The position numbers were made by a program, and so were the translations under genes. From positions 248,001 to 312,000 of the forward strand of contig NW_026865326.1 of NCBI RefSeq assembly GCF_026571515.1: 64,000 nt of DNA, written 5' to 3'. This document shows, in pieces, positions 41,101 to 53,572 of this stretch. This DNA comes from Ruditapes philippinarum. Its lineage: Eukaryota. Position 1 is the stretch's first letter; each line of letters begins with the position of its first letter. Below the pieces are notes generated by a model. It was given only the letters and a program-made list of their open reading frames with translations. It had not been told where the DNA came from and did no database searches.

Positions 41101-41155
41101 TATCGGATCAAGGAGAGCTGTCGAAGAAAAGCCAAGATCTGGTCGTAGAAAATGA
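29133..41155 (+). CDS. FAM221A: Protein FAM221A (DUF4475 family), 8 coding exons, 329 aa (333 aa with the candidate microexon)
   Basis: Exons 29133-29212, 30639-30717, 31794-31888, 32173-32363, 32497-32709, 33241-33351, 40644-40756, 41048-41155; GT-AG with consistent phases. Peptides AVDEYLEYRRIVGEDDGGKLFTPEEFEEYK, TGMDCKLVGPETLCFC, VPLNGSQPIRC, PYAAMGGITGFSS and RRPGEDDMTYYERRYQER match vertebrate FAM221A as I recall it. Two N gaps lie in intron 6. Confidence 0.93.
29310..29510 (-). mobile_element. tRNA-derived SINE (different head, same central domain) in FAM221A intron 1
   Basis: Minus strand reads GAGCGGTAGCTTAGAGGTTAAGG… then CAGTACTGGTTGGTTCCAGGAAACGGACTCGAA. Confidence 0.65.
34802..34945 (+). 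repeat. Perfect 24-bp tandem repeat x6
   Basis: (GTCGAGCCATAGTTTGTATAAAGT)6; source of the spurious CRAIVCIK and LDTLYKLW ORFs. Confidence 0.95.
36345..36732 (+). mobile_element. About 390-bp dispersed non-autonomous element
   Basis: Highly similar to the reverse complement of 60106-60488, with shared termini (TAATAGAAAGAGCATCGAAACAC … CCCCAAACTATGATACAA). Confidence 0.75.
36915..37200 (+). repeat. Degenerate tandem repeat, about 55 bp
   Basis: Recurrent CATCAACCATGTTCACGTGTAAAATATTGTCACGTGCATTGAAG. Confidence 0.65.
38054..38452. repeat. (CAT)n/(CAG)n/(CAA)n microsatellite interrupted by an assembly gap (38241-38402)
   Basis: Directly visible. Confidence 0.95.
40267..40396. other. Assembly gap (N run)
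   Basis: 130 Ns. Confidence 0.99.
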
Positions 41156-44100
41156 ACAACATTCATAATCTTATTGTATTTGAACTGTGATAAGACGGTT
41201 TTGTGTCTATATAAATATTTAGAAAAAGCAGTTTCTATTCACAAATACATATACATATATATACGATTATGTGAAGCATTATTGCTCAAGTATTTTTGCT
41301 TTTTAAGTCGCTTATACTTTGTCAAATGATATATAGATACTACAATTTTATTTTTATATTTCCACATTAAGCGAATTAATAAGCTGTTTAAATATTCATT
41401 CATAATATTGTATATTTTTTAAAATGATACCACGTGATCAATAAGTTTATTTCTAAAGATCGTTACTGATAAGACTGTATTCACCGAACTAAATATACAT
41501 TTATAATATTGATAATTTTACATGATGCCATGTAACCAGTAAGTATATTTCTTTTATATCATCATTTAAGAAAAAACTGAATTTATTCACTTAAAAAGAT
41601 TTATGATTTTATAAAAGAGTAGCATGTGATTTATGTAAGTTTTCGATATTTCCTTTATTCATAAGAACCACTTGACGACCTTTAACCTTTAAACAAAACA
41701 TTAATAAGTTACTAATGCTCAGTTTGTTATTTAGAAGTTTTTATAACACATTATCACGTGCCTATTATATACTGTCTATAATCATTTAATTTATTAAATC
41801 TGTATTTTATATTTTTTTGTTGTACATTTAGATTCTACATAGAAACTTTTATTAAGTACTACATGGGCCAATTAATGTTACAAATCTTAAACATGTCGCT
41901 TTTCTTTTCTCTACCAATTCATCATTTCACTCTGTTAAAATGTCAACAGTTACCTTAATCTATGATTTAGTTTTTGTTTTTATATATATATAAAAAGCAA
42001 AAATTGTAATCAGTAAAATAAATGGAAATTTTCATAAATTTATTAGGTTTAAGGTGGGAAGCATTTTGGCGCACGTATATTCTTTTTTAATATTTATATA
42101 TTATGAGGCGACTTTAACCAAATGTTTTGGGACAAACTAATTAATTTGAAATTAGATGAAAAAAAAAAAAAAGATTTCCTGTAGGCAAACGCCGATTCAC
42201 CGGCCAATAAATTTTACCTGTACAACGTAAATGTAAAAAACAACAACATTTTCCCGTTTCATCTGTATGAAAACATACTCACGAGCTTTTGTTCTTTGAA
42301 AGTAATAGCTATTTTTAAATTATTCATATCGCAGTTAATTTTTTGACTGAGTAATACTATTATGTGACACAGCTTGTTTTCGTATAAGCAATAGCGTGTT
42401 AAGTATACTAAACACCTTCAGGTCAAATAGTTGTTTTCTTTTCTGTTCAACGCCAACAGTCTGAAGATATTATGTCTCTTTATATCCCCTGTTTTGTCCT
42501 GTTTTGTCCTGTTCTATCTTTACATGTCCACTATTGGATCATTTTTCAGCCATTTGACAGCTTTGTGATCCTTTGCTAAAACTTGACTTCTAAATATCTT
42601 TAATTTTGTCACTGTACCTAAACAATTACTTATAGAATTTTCGTTAAAATTCATCCAAACATTTAAAGCGTTTATGCTCTTGCGTACACTTATCATTATA
42701 CAATTATGTATGGAATTTTCATTGTTACTCCTACATTCATACAGTTATCATTATCATTAAGCATTTGACCATATATTTTAGGCAAGAATTTTTATACTTC
42801 AGGCATTCCATCATTCATATGCTAATTTCACAGCCATCTTGCAGATGACATTTGATAACATAATACAATAATTAGCATTATAGTTTTCATTTATACATTT
42901 TTGTTGTCGATCTTTTCAACTTTTGCATTCTCTGCAGTTGGTCCTGTAATCAAATACAATGATTTACAGTGATATATTATTTATGTTGATATGTTAATTA
43001 GCTGAATTACAAGAAGTCGACGGTGAAGTAATTGTTCAACATGATATATTTCTCAAAAGTGCCGTCAGGCAAGGAGTATGTTTTCTAACCTATTTGTTTA
43101 TGCTTCATTGATGCTTTGCATCGATTATACAACGAACCTGACACATAAACAGTGGTTAAAATATCAAACGGACCATTTGGTATTATAAAAAATCAAATAC
43201 AAATATAAAATATGGTTGCCAATATTTCTGAATGTAAATGTCAATGGAATTAAAACAGATCGATTCCAATAGTTCTTCTAGAGATATAATTACTCGTTGC
43301 GTTACGTGCTTCAACTCTTAATTAAACTTGTCTAAACATGAAAAAGAAACAACGGAAATGTATTGAATGAGTCATGTGCTAATGACGAATAACATAAGGT
43401 GTTCAAAAAAGAGAAAAAGAATCAACAACAATAACAGCAACCTCCTTTCCTATGAAACATCATTAACAATTTACACCGTTTTGCTATTTTTTTCTTTTAC
43501 ACGCACAGACTGTGTGTACATGGACAAACAATGGAAGAAGATTTACATTAGGCAAACGACTAAAACCGCAAGTTGACGTGCTGCTATGAAGTGTTTTCAG
43601 AACTTTACGACACAATGCCAATCAATGTCAGCAATTAAACGTTTCATGATTACATGGACTGGTCTAAGTCAGCCGCATATTGCGTAACGCAAGATCATCA
43701 TACTATGTGCTTAACCATTTTATTATTTGTATTAGTCTGAACTTAAAACATTATCGATATACACCATTTCATTTTCCCCCCGACCGATTAGGTAGAATGT
43801 AAACACAAATTTTATGTTTGTCATGGTTCGGATCGGACAGCCCGAATCACAAAGGATCAATACCGTCCATGAACAGGCTTAATCAAACCAAGCATGCAAC
43901 AATTTCAATTTTGTCGTTTTGGGTGTTCTTTAAGGATACCGTTCGTTTTTCTCTATTTTATCTATATTTATCGTGAATCCCTCCTTTTTCTAAAAAGCAT
44001 ACAAAGGTTCACTGTTGTAGGATTAACTAAGTTATGTACATGTTATAAAGTTCTCAGCTAAGAAATCTGTATGTTCTAAACAAATGATGTACATGGTTCC

Positions 44101-44728
44101 TCTTAACAATTTTAAAGCTTAGTTAATAAATATACAATACATTTCTCTTCCTAAAAATCTTTTTATTCGCCTTTTATTACAAAGTAAGAAAATATGAGAT
44201 TTTATCAAACAGAGTGGTATTTGTTATGATATCAGGTGTAGGAGTCCTTTTTTGTATATTTCACCGCGATGAAATTACAAAACTAGCCAGAAGAACTCTG
44301 CACACATGGTTCTTAACTAAGGTCCGTCCATACTACACCATAATGATTTAGCAAAAATATATGATATGTAAATGTAATTATACATCTATGTAAGTAGAAT
44401 TATTTTAATTTAATGAAAATGTTAATTGGTATCAGTCTGCCTTAAAGATTGTTTCTAAAACACGTCACTTGGATAATAAATATTTTAACACTTTGGTAGA
44501 TAATTACGATGAATGGAAACTTATCACAGAATTGTAAATATATATTTCACCATTATGTACACATATTGATATCAATAGCAATTTACAGTAAGTTTAGCCA
44601 GTATTCTTTCAAAGTTAGAGAAATTGCCTTACTCCTTCATTTCATTTTCCATAATGGTTTTGAAGCTTTTTCCATTTTGGCTTCATAAAGATGATATTTG
44701 ACTCGAACACGATTACTATGACTTACAA

Positions 44729-45721
44729 TCACAAGAACATTAGTACACTTCCAATTATTACAAACAGTCCTGGCTTCATAACACTTGCACCTGAACCGCC
44801 TGTGCTTGTGTCTTGTTTCCCAGAATCAGCCATGGTGTCGTGCACATGATCATCATGCGTATGAGTGTCATGCGGTTCGTGTGAATGGTCTATTGAACTT
44901 CTGTCGTCAACAGTTGATGTCGTAGTGAGGGCTGGTGTAGGCGATGGCGTGACAGGTTTTAAAGGCTTGTCTTTCATTTGTTCTGCCGCCGTCTCGTTTG
45001 CTTTAGTAATAGCTTCATTATAATTCAAACAGGCTTTTACTGCAATAGTTTTCAGCCCTTGCGGAGACTCGCTTTCTTGTTTAAAATAGAATGTGCAGTT
45101 AAAATCGGAATTTCTAAAGCGGCATTTTCTAAAGTTGTCTCCATCGGTTGCCCTTGGAAATCCGAAAACGAGTCTAAACTTTGCAATCAAGGAACACTTT
45201 TTTGGACAGTCATTCATAAAAGCCGTACATTCAGCACATTCTTTATAAGTTTTACAAAATCCTTGTTCATGTGATAGTTCACAAAGTATGCCAGAATGTC
45301 CAGGTTCGCATATACAATTACCTTGATGACAGAAACCGTGTCCACTGCAAGCGTCTGCATCTGTTGACAGACATGCTAGTACTTGAGGAGATTCAGTGAT
45401 TGCAAGTGGAGAAAGTAGGTCATCTAAGGTTAGTCCTCCTCCGGTATCAGGGCCTCCAAGAAATGTGTCACCAATATTTCCGATATTTGTCAAATCTGCG
45501 TCATTGATTTCACATTTAAGTCCACTGTAACCATGGTAGCAGGTACATGCTCCGCCAGAACAACTTCCGTGTCCGTTACAAGGATATCCATTTGCTCCAT
45601 GACAAAGGTAAGACAAGAGGGCGTCTTGTATTGCATTCTTAGTCTGTAACGTGTCACCATGTCCGCCATGTGAATTTACAGTTTTAATTATTACCGTTAC
45701 AAAGATAAATATTCCATACAT
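44729..45721 (-). CDS. Intronless secreted/GPI-anchored EGF + integrin-beta-tail-like protein (330 aa)
   Basis: Uninterrupted ORF, GC-richer than its flanks. Hydrophobic N-terminus; EGF modules CNGHGSCSGGACTCYHGYSGLKCE and CSGHGFCHQGNCICEPGHSGILCE; CKTYKECAEC…CPKKCS…CRFR…CTFYF…C pattern like the integrin beta-tail domain; P/S/T stalk; His-rich patch; terminal hydrophobic segment with no cytoplasmic tail. Confidence 0.85.
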   Translation of the reverse strand: MYGIFIFVTVIIKTVNSHGGHGDTLQTKNAIQDALLSYLCHGANGYPCNGHGSCSGGACTCYHGYSGLKCEINDADLTNIGNIGDTFLGGPDTGGGLTLDDLLSPLAITESPQVLACLSTDADACSGHGFCHQGNCICEPGHSGILCELSHEQGFCKTYKECAECTAFMNDCPKKCSLIAKFRLVFGFPRATDGDNFRKCRFRNSDFNCTFYFKQESESPQGLKTIAVKACLNYNEAITKANETAAEQMKDKPLKPVTPSPTPALTTTSTVDDRSSIDHSHEPHDTHTHDDHVHDTMADSGKQDTSTGGSGASVMKPGLFVIIGSVLMFL

Positions 45722-46891
45722 TTTCCTTCGTTTTTAAATAACTCTTATATAAATATTATGTTTAAATTTTAAGATTTGGTTACTGGTGTCAGCACTGTAC
45801 GTTATATGTTCCTTGAATATTCGTTGAAACAATTAATTACGTATGTATACATCCGTGATTACACATTATTTAGTCACACAAGATGTATTTTACAGGAGGC
45901 AATTCGCAAATGATTAACCAATTTTATACAACAGTGAGCAACATAAATATTTCGCAACTAAATTTTAAGTTTTATTTCCTCAAAGCGGAATGACAACCGC
46001 TGTTTGAATTACTCCCAGCTGGTTACGCTTAGTGAATTAGAAAAAAAAATATGATAAATGAGTGCATGGTCAAAGTTTGTAAAACACATACATCATAATT
46101 AGTAAAATAGGATGAGGATTGGACGGTTGTTAAATATGAAAGATTCGTTAACTTTTAACTTAAATAAAACAAGACATAAATTAACGCCTACATGATAAAA
46201 GTTGTCACGAATTGTCCAGTTTATATCTCTATTTATATCAGGATTTAAATAACACTTTGTTTGACCAAAATAAATTGTATAAATATTTGTTTTGTCTATT
46301 TGATATTGTGTCATTTACACTCGTTAACTAGATTTTATGATTAGAATAAACTTGTTAGACGAACAATTAAGCTGGAAACTGTTTTGTCTGAGACAACAAG
46401 CGATTCATAAATCTAAAACAATAAAGAAATGTTAGTACAAAATCCCTATATCCAGACAAAATAGCATGCAAAACGGTTCGGTGTTTGTTTACTTGAAAGT
46501 ATCTATCTCGTATTCCTAAAGTTCGTTCTCCTTCGTTCTAGTTTTGGAAATGATAACAATTGCAATTTTGCCCTTTGTTGTTTACATTTTTTTTTTATTA
46601 AAAAGATGACAATGATAATGTGAATACCTGTAAACCAGCCCCAACACCGTCTGTCTAGAAGTTAAGAAACAACTTCAATAAAATTATTATAATTAAGGTT
46701 AATTGATATTGAATAACAGGGCGTAAAATTATGGACAGTGTAACATTGACGGGAATAGAAAAATAAAATCAACTTGTGAAATCTTGTTCACAATAAGTGT
46801 ATTTACAAGAAATAAAAATCAAACTATGTCTTGTAAAGCTTCCCGGGCTATTCATCCACACAAAACAAAGAAAGGAAATAATTCTATAGTA

Positions 46892-47486
46892 AACAAGAGC
46901 TGTTGGTAGGACAGCAACGCTCGACTATTCTTAGTGCTTGATAGTAAAAAAAAAAATGCTTGATACAATTACCATCTCCTGTTTACAGGTTGGGGTAATG
47001 ATGGTGAACAAGTGTGCAAAGTTTCAAAGCCATATGTCAATGGACTTTGAAAATATTTGAACTATTACAAAAACTTTAACGTAAATTCTAAGTCGAAAAA
47101 GGGGCATAATTTTGTCAAAATGCTTGATACAGTTACCTCCTCCTGTTTACAGATTGGGGTCATGATGGTGAACAAGTGTGCAAAGTTTCAAAGCCATATG
47201 TCAATGGACTTTGAAAATATTTGAACTATTACAAAAACTTTAACGTAAATTCTAAGTCGAAAAAGGGGCATAATTCTGTCAAAATGCTTGATACAGTTAC
47301 CTCCTCCTGTCTACAGGTTGGGGTCATGATGGTGAACAAGTGTGCAAAGTTTCAAAGCCATATGTCAATGGACTTTGAAAATATTTGAACTATTACAAAA
47401 ACTTTAACATAAGTGGTTACGCCGACGCCGACGCTCGGGTGACTACAATAGCTCTACCTATTCTTATCGAATAGTCGAGCTAAAAA
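46892..47486 (-). mobile_element. HINE/pearl-like element with three 164-bp repeats
   Basis: Reverse complement of the 16087-16672 element; unit starts at 46957, 47121 and 47285. Confidence 0.85.
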
Positions 47487-48535
47487 TTATATATGTTTGG
47501 TCCGATTTTAAGTCGCACCCAAATGGCGACTTTCCAGTTTAACTAGTGGTTGAAGATCTCAGGTGCTCCTCTAGGCACGGAAGTGCTCCAAAATAGATCC
47601 CGAAGCATAATTATATAACATATGAAATCTGTATATAATTATGTACGGTTAGAAATTATTGTTAGGTAAATGCGTATTCCAATGAAATATTTAGACATAT
47701 GTATGCCTATAAATTATTAAACATTTATTGGTTTATCTTGTAACGCTTAAATAACATTACAAGCTAAATACATGTCGAACAAGATCATTTATGTTTTAAT
47801 ATCATGATGTTATGTGTCCTTTTGCTTTTATAGGAGGTTTTATTTGCACATGTATACATTTAACATACAGCCAAATCGTTAATATGATAGTACATTTATT
47901 ACGTGTAAACAGTCTGACATTTTTGAGGTTAATATGTTTTGGCTGGCATGTCAAAAGATGCCTAAAGGAAATAACATGTTTTGAATCATAAATTTTTTTT
48001 TCTGGCGGAGTGGAAGTCACTGCTTTACGGTAAAACCTCTTATAAAGTCCATTTGTGCTATTATTTGGAAATGATTTCATTGAATGAACAATTTGATCAA
48101 ATAAATGTCATTTACAGAGGCAAAACAAAGATAGATGTTGACATTTACACAGGATAAATGAAGAATGAACAAACATAATAATAAAGTGAGGCGTTGCATT
48201 TGAATTTTATTTTATTGTTGATTTATTTCATACGAAAAGATTGTATATTTCAGACAATAATAGTGTAATAATAACATGTTTTATAGAACATATTTGCAAC
48301 ATATGTCAATGTCTTCATATATTATAAATGTTAAAAGGCATACAATGTATGTTTTAATATGTGATACATTACTTTAATTACATTGAATTTGAAAATAAAA
48401 TCACTTAATCACTAAATCGACAAAAAGTTACACGCAGCTTATATAACAATATCATAATATGTCGTTGACAGACACAACCGTAAAGAAAAAGTTTGATTGA
48501 CTTTTGTTTTATATCATTTTTTGGTTTATACAGAA

Positions 48536-50198
48536 TTTATTATGCCCCCACTTCAAAGAAGAGGGGGTATATTGCTTTGCATTTGTCGGTCCGTCGGTCC
48601 GTTGGTCCGTCGGTCCGTAGACCAAATGGTTTCCGAGTGATAACTAAAGAACCCTTAGGCCTAGGAACTTCAAACTTGGTATGGTGATTGGTCATGACCA
48701 GTAGATGACCCCTATTGATTTTTGGGTCAAGGGGTCAAAGGTCAAGGTCACATTGACCTTGTAGGTAAAAACGGTTTCCGATCAATAACTAAAGAACGCT
48801 TAGGCCTAGGAACTTCAAACTTGGTATGGTGATTGGTCATGACCAGTAGATGACCCCTATTGATTTTGGGGTCAAGGGGTCAAAGGTCAAGGTCACATTG
48901 ACCTTGTAGGTAAAAACGGTTTCCGATCAATAACTAAAGAACGCTTAGGCCTAGGAACTTCAAACTTGGTATGGTGATTGGTCATGACCAGTAGATGACC
49001 CCTATTGATTATGGGGTTAAGGGGTCAAAGGTCAAGGTCACATTGACCTTGTAGGTAAAAATGGTTTCTGATCAATAACTAAAGAACGCTTAGGCCTAGG
49101 AACTTCAAACTTGGTATGGTGATTGGTCATGACCAGTAGATGACCCCTATTGATTATTGGGTCAAGGGTTCAAAGGTCAAGGTCACATTGACCTTGTAGG
49201 TAAAAATGATTTCTGATCAACAACTTAAGACTCTTAGGCCAAGGAACTTCAAACTTGGTATCATGATTGGTCATGACCTGTAGATGGCCCTATTAATTTT
49301 GGGGCCGAAGGTCAAGGTCACATTGACCTTGTAGGTAAAAATGATTTCTGATCAATAACTTAAGACTCTTAGGCCTAGGAACTTCAAACTTGGTATCATG
49401 ATTGGTCATGACCAGCAGATGAACCCTATTGATTTCGAGGTCAAGGGGTCAAAGGTCAAGGTCACATTTACTTGAAGTTAAAAACGGTTTCCACTCTATA
49501 CCTAAAGGACGCTTAGGCCTAGGAACTTCAAACTTGGTATGATGATTGGTCATGACCATAAGATGACCCCTATTGATTTTGGGGTCAAATGTCAAGGTCA
49601 CATTGACCTTGTAAGTAAAAGTGGTTTCCGATCAATAACTAGAGAACGCTTAGGTCTAGGAACTTCAAACTTTATATGATGATTGGAAATGACCAGTAGA
49701 TGACCCCTATTAATTATGGGGTCAAAGGTCAAGGTCACATTTACCTTGTAAGTAAAAACGGTTTTCGATCAATAACTAAAGAACACTTAGGCCTAGGAAC
49801 TTCAAACTTTATATGATGATTGGTCATGACCAGTAGATGACCCCTATTGATTTTTGGGTCAAGGGGTCAAAGGTCAGTGTCAAATTGATCTTGTACTTTA
49901 AGATGGTTTCTGACCAATAACTCAACAACTCAAGTTGCCTTGGTTGATATTTTTATATTAAACTAAAAATGCTTTTGGTATACACATTTGAAGGTCTTAA
50001 GTAATATAACAACTTGGCTGTCATTAATGAGGCCTACATGATTCACAATAATTATTACCTTGTGACTAGTCATCAACAAGTAGATAACCCTTTTTAATTT
50101 TTTGTTCACTGGGTCAGAAGTCCTGCATAATAACCTGATCACATGACTAATTGGCTGCCCATAGGGGGCATACATGTTTTACAAACATATCTTGTTTT
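48536..50198 (+). mobile_element. HINE/pearl-like element with about nine 145-bp internal repeats
   Basis: Subterminal IR TATGCCCCC / GGGGGCATA; (GTCC/GTCG)n microsatellite; unit starts 48656, 48801, 48946, 49091; 3' palindrome ATGTTT-TAC-AAACAT then CTTGTT. Confidence 0.85.
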
Positions 50199-50214
50199 AA
50201 TTGGATTGTGTAGG

Positions 50215-50383
50215 AAGCTTTTTCTTATAGACACACTTTCGAATCCGTCCCTGGAACCAACCAGGACTGAGTAATGAGAGTGCTTAAGGAAACAACGACT
50301 TGTCCCTGACAGAGTTTGAACCCATGCGGATAGCTGTCATTAGATTACTAGTCCGACTCGTTAACCATTCGGCCATACCGCCA
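50215..50383 (-). mobile_element. tRNA-derived SINE (family of the 19530 copy)
   Basis: Minus strand reads GGCGGTATGGCCGAATGGTTAAC…GGGTTCAAAC…GGTTGGTTCCAGGGACGGATTCGAA. Confidence 0.75.
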
Positions 50384-51369
50384 CATATGATTTTTTTGGT
50401 GATGCCATATGTAAAATCAGGATCATGCAGTTAGTTTTGGTCAAATATAAACCGGTATATTTGTTGACCAAATATAATTTATTACACACATTTGCTAAAA
50501 GCCAGTTTGATACTAATCAATGATTACCCTTTCATCACCTGATACATTGACCATCAAGGATTATAAAATTTCATAACAATATAACAACACGAATGTCAAC
50601 ATCGTTGTTTCATTATGATTTTATCCTATTGGATCTAATTTTATTGACAGGTCTCACCAATGTCGATGTAATAATCAAAAGAAAAATACAGGTCTTTCTC
50701 GTAACACTTGCAAAATGTCCTTGCCCAGTATCGTTCACAAATTAAAGCAAGTTATATACTCCTTAACAGAAATCAACGTATTTTACATGTATTATAATTA
50801 TAATTTTAGAATGCATAGAACGAAGAATCTGTCAAATACTTGACATGATGTATCTATGTCATAACCAGAATTATTTATCATACCATTTGCAATTACATGT
50901 AATTCCACATTTGGGTTAGACTTTCTTTGCGGAGAAATTGTGAGACCAGACGTACATTTTTGAAAGAATATAAAACGAAGAACATCTCCAAGCTTTGGTA
51001 ATTTTTGTATGATTTAGTCATCTTAATTTTAGTTTAGTTTTCAGTTTTTTACTCTCCTGTGCATCAATCGAATGTTCCACTTTCACACAACACTGATGTA
51101 TTGCAAAATTATCATTATTCGTGGGACACTTATTTTCGTGGTTGTCGTGGATACGTCCACCAAGGAATTCAAGATCCAACGACATTTCATTTCGTCTGCT
51201 GTTAGATTATTTTGCATCACATTATTTACATTTTACCTTTTGGAAAAATAGACAGTCGGCGAATTTAAGAACCCCAAAAATGTTCTGTGTGACAAAAAGC
51301 CCACGAATAAAGGGAATTCCCGGTATTTACTAAGCAGCTGGGAGCGTAGAAACGGACACTAGCTTACGA

Positions 51370-52986
51370 TTAATGTTTGCGGGCTTTTCGTCGGTTTTCT
51401 CGTTCGTCGCCTGTTTCAACAGTCATTCTGTGTTCACAAATGGGTACTCCACATCCGCACAATAACGAACTTGTGAACCCAGTGCATTTATTGCACTCAG
51501 CTGAAATGAGTAAAAAAGAGAAAATAAGAATCCCTAAAGAAAGTCCAACACGACATAATTAAAAATGTTGCAGGCTCGGTTTGATTGAGCCTGTTCATAG
51601 ATGGAACTGTAAAGTTCAAACTACCGCCGACGACCCCTAGCTAGCACCGGCGTAAGCAGAATTTAACATTTAATCATGGTAATGGTAAAAGTTTGAATTT
51701 AGAAACATCCGTAGATGTGTTCCAACGGCGGTTATCATTGAACCTTCAATGTGACACTTCCGTGCCATTCCATGAAAAGCGGCGTATGGTCCCCAAGTAA
51801 TAGAAAGCGTGTGCCCTAAACGAGAAAACAATGGGCGGAACTAAATAAAATGGAATTTTGAAAGGGGATCAGAGGTTATGAAGCCTGCATATCACAGATA
51901 AGACGTCAAAAGACAAAGTTAAAAAGCAGGCAACATATCCTTAGGGTGATTCAACATTATTCAAGTAGGAATATTGGAACCACCCAACTAGAAAATTCCG
52001 AAAAAGTTAAAACTAAAAATACCACAAGCACAACAATAATGTCGTGCTGAACGATCTTTAAGGATCGGAAATATAACATCTCTGATTGAACTCTACTTTT
52101 ATCTAAATAATACAAGATATCTGCAGAATGTACAAATTTGACATTGTAAGAAATCGATTTTCAGACTATTGTACGTTTTCCAGACTATATTAGTCATGCG
52201 ACAGTACTTAAAATTAAAATAGTCTACACCGACAATTTCTTCTTGTAACAGTGATAAATTATGACCGACAACTTAGATGTACATTATTAAATAATGATGT
52301 AACATGACTATCAATCATATAATAATGTTTAAAAGTAAGTGCTTTAATTTTTTTAAATCCCAATTATTAAGATACTTAAATAATAAATGTTTTTTTTTTG
52401 CATTCACTTAGAACTGTGAATAAAGTACCGTGTACGAAACCTCGCAAGCAATTTACTTGAATATTACCTCTTTTACAAACAAAGTTTCCAAATTCTTCAT
52501 GTTCTTCTGGGGCGTGTTTACAATGACACTTTATGGCTGAACAGCACTTTGCCGGTACATAGTAATAACTGGCACATTTACAACCAGGGGCACGGCAAGG
52601 CAATCTAATTGGACGTTCTTTCGGAATAAATTCAAAGTCGGTCTTGTGATCCTTATATCTAAAAATTATAATTAAACTGTGTAAAATAAAAGGTTTTCTT
52701 GCATTTTGTATTTATAATAGACACGTGTAATTCTTCTTTAGCGTATCCTTTTCAACGATTTTGAAAGTAATTCTTTTTATAAATATATACAAACATTTTA
52801 TAGAATGTGAATGATTAGACTGAATGATTTTGTATAAATTTTTATATTAATAAAAAATACCAAGATAATTTCTTACACATGCTGACAAAAGCACTGTGTC
52901 CCTGGTTCCATTGTTCTACAATCTCTGCCAGTAGTGCTGGTATAACTGGTGTATATACCATTACTTTTATATAGTTGACTCGTCAT
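51370..52986 (-). CDS. Truncated FAM221A-like Cys/His-rich protein, paralogue A (143 aa)
   Basis: Exons 52986-52877, 52658-52468, 51500-51370; GT-AG, with phases 2 and 1 identical to FAM221A introns 3 and 4; open throughout: MTSQLYKSNGIYTSYTSTTGRDCRTMEPGTQCFCQH…PKERPIRLPC…KCCSAIKCHCKH…ETGDERENRRKARKH*. Confidence 0.85.
51841..51985 (+). mobile_element. Small decayed RT fragment in paralogue A intron 2
   Basis: Reads LNKMEF*KGIRG…RRQKTK…GILEP, resembling LINE RT LxKLExYGIRG…GVPQGSILGP. Confidence 0.35.
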
Positions 52987-53333
52987 CTTCTAAAACATGA
53001 AAAATATAATATTACGATATACACAATATAAAAAACAACAAACAGTGGCATAATACAATTAAAGTGGCCTTCAACTTTTCCAAAGGCTAGATACGTTATT
53101 TTTAAATAAATCATTTCATACAATTGTAAAATCAAAAGAACGAAACAGTACGCTAATGCTCACTGCTACTGCTAACTTCCTACCCGTCTCGATACCTCTA
53201 ATCTACTGGTCCACTCTCTATATCTAAATTAGTAAAGCGGACGATTTGTTTCCTGATTTTCTCTTTTTAAAAACGAGCGTCACTTACACGTTATAAGTAG
53301 CTCTCGGGACGCCGGTTTGAATACGGTTTAAAA

Positions 53334-53572
53334 ATGAGCCGCGTCACGACAAAACCAACATAGTGGGTTTGCGACCAGCATGGATCCAGACCAGCCTGCG
53401 CCAACGCGCAGTCTGATCAGGATCCATGCTGTCCGCTTACAAACCCTATAACAAGTAGAGAAACTGATAGCGAACAGCATGGATCCTGATCAGACTGCGC
53501 GGAGGCGCAGGCTGGTCTGGATCCATGCTGGTCGCAAACCCACTATGTTGGTTTTGTCGTGACGCGGATCAT
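53334..53572. mobile_element. Fold-back MITE with about 104-bp inverted arms
   Basis: ATGAGCCGCGTCACGACAAAACCAACATAGTGGG… pairs with …CCCACTATGTTGGTTTTGTCGTGACGCGGATCAT; internal CAGCATGGATCC sub-repeats. Confidence 0.85.
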
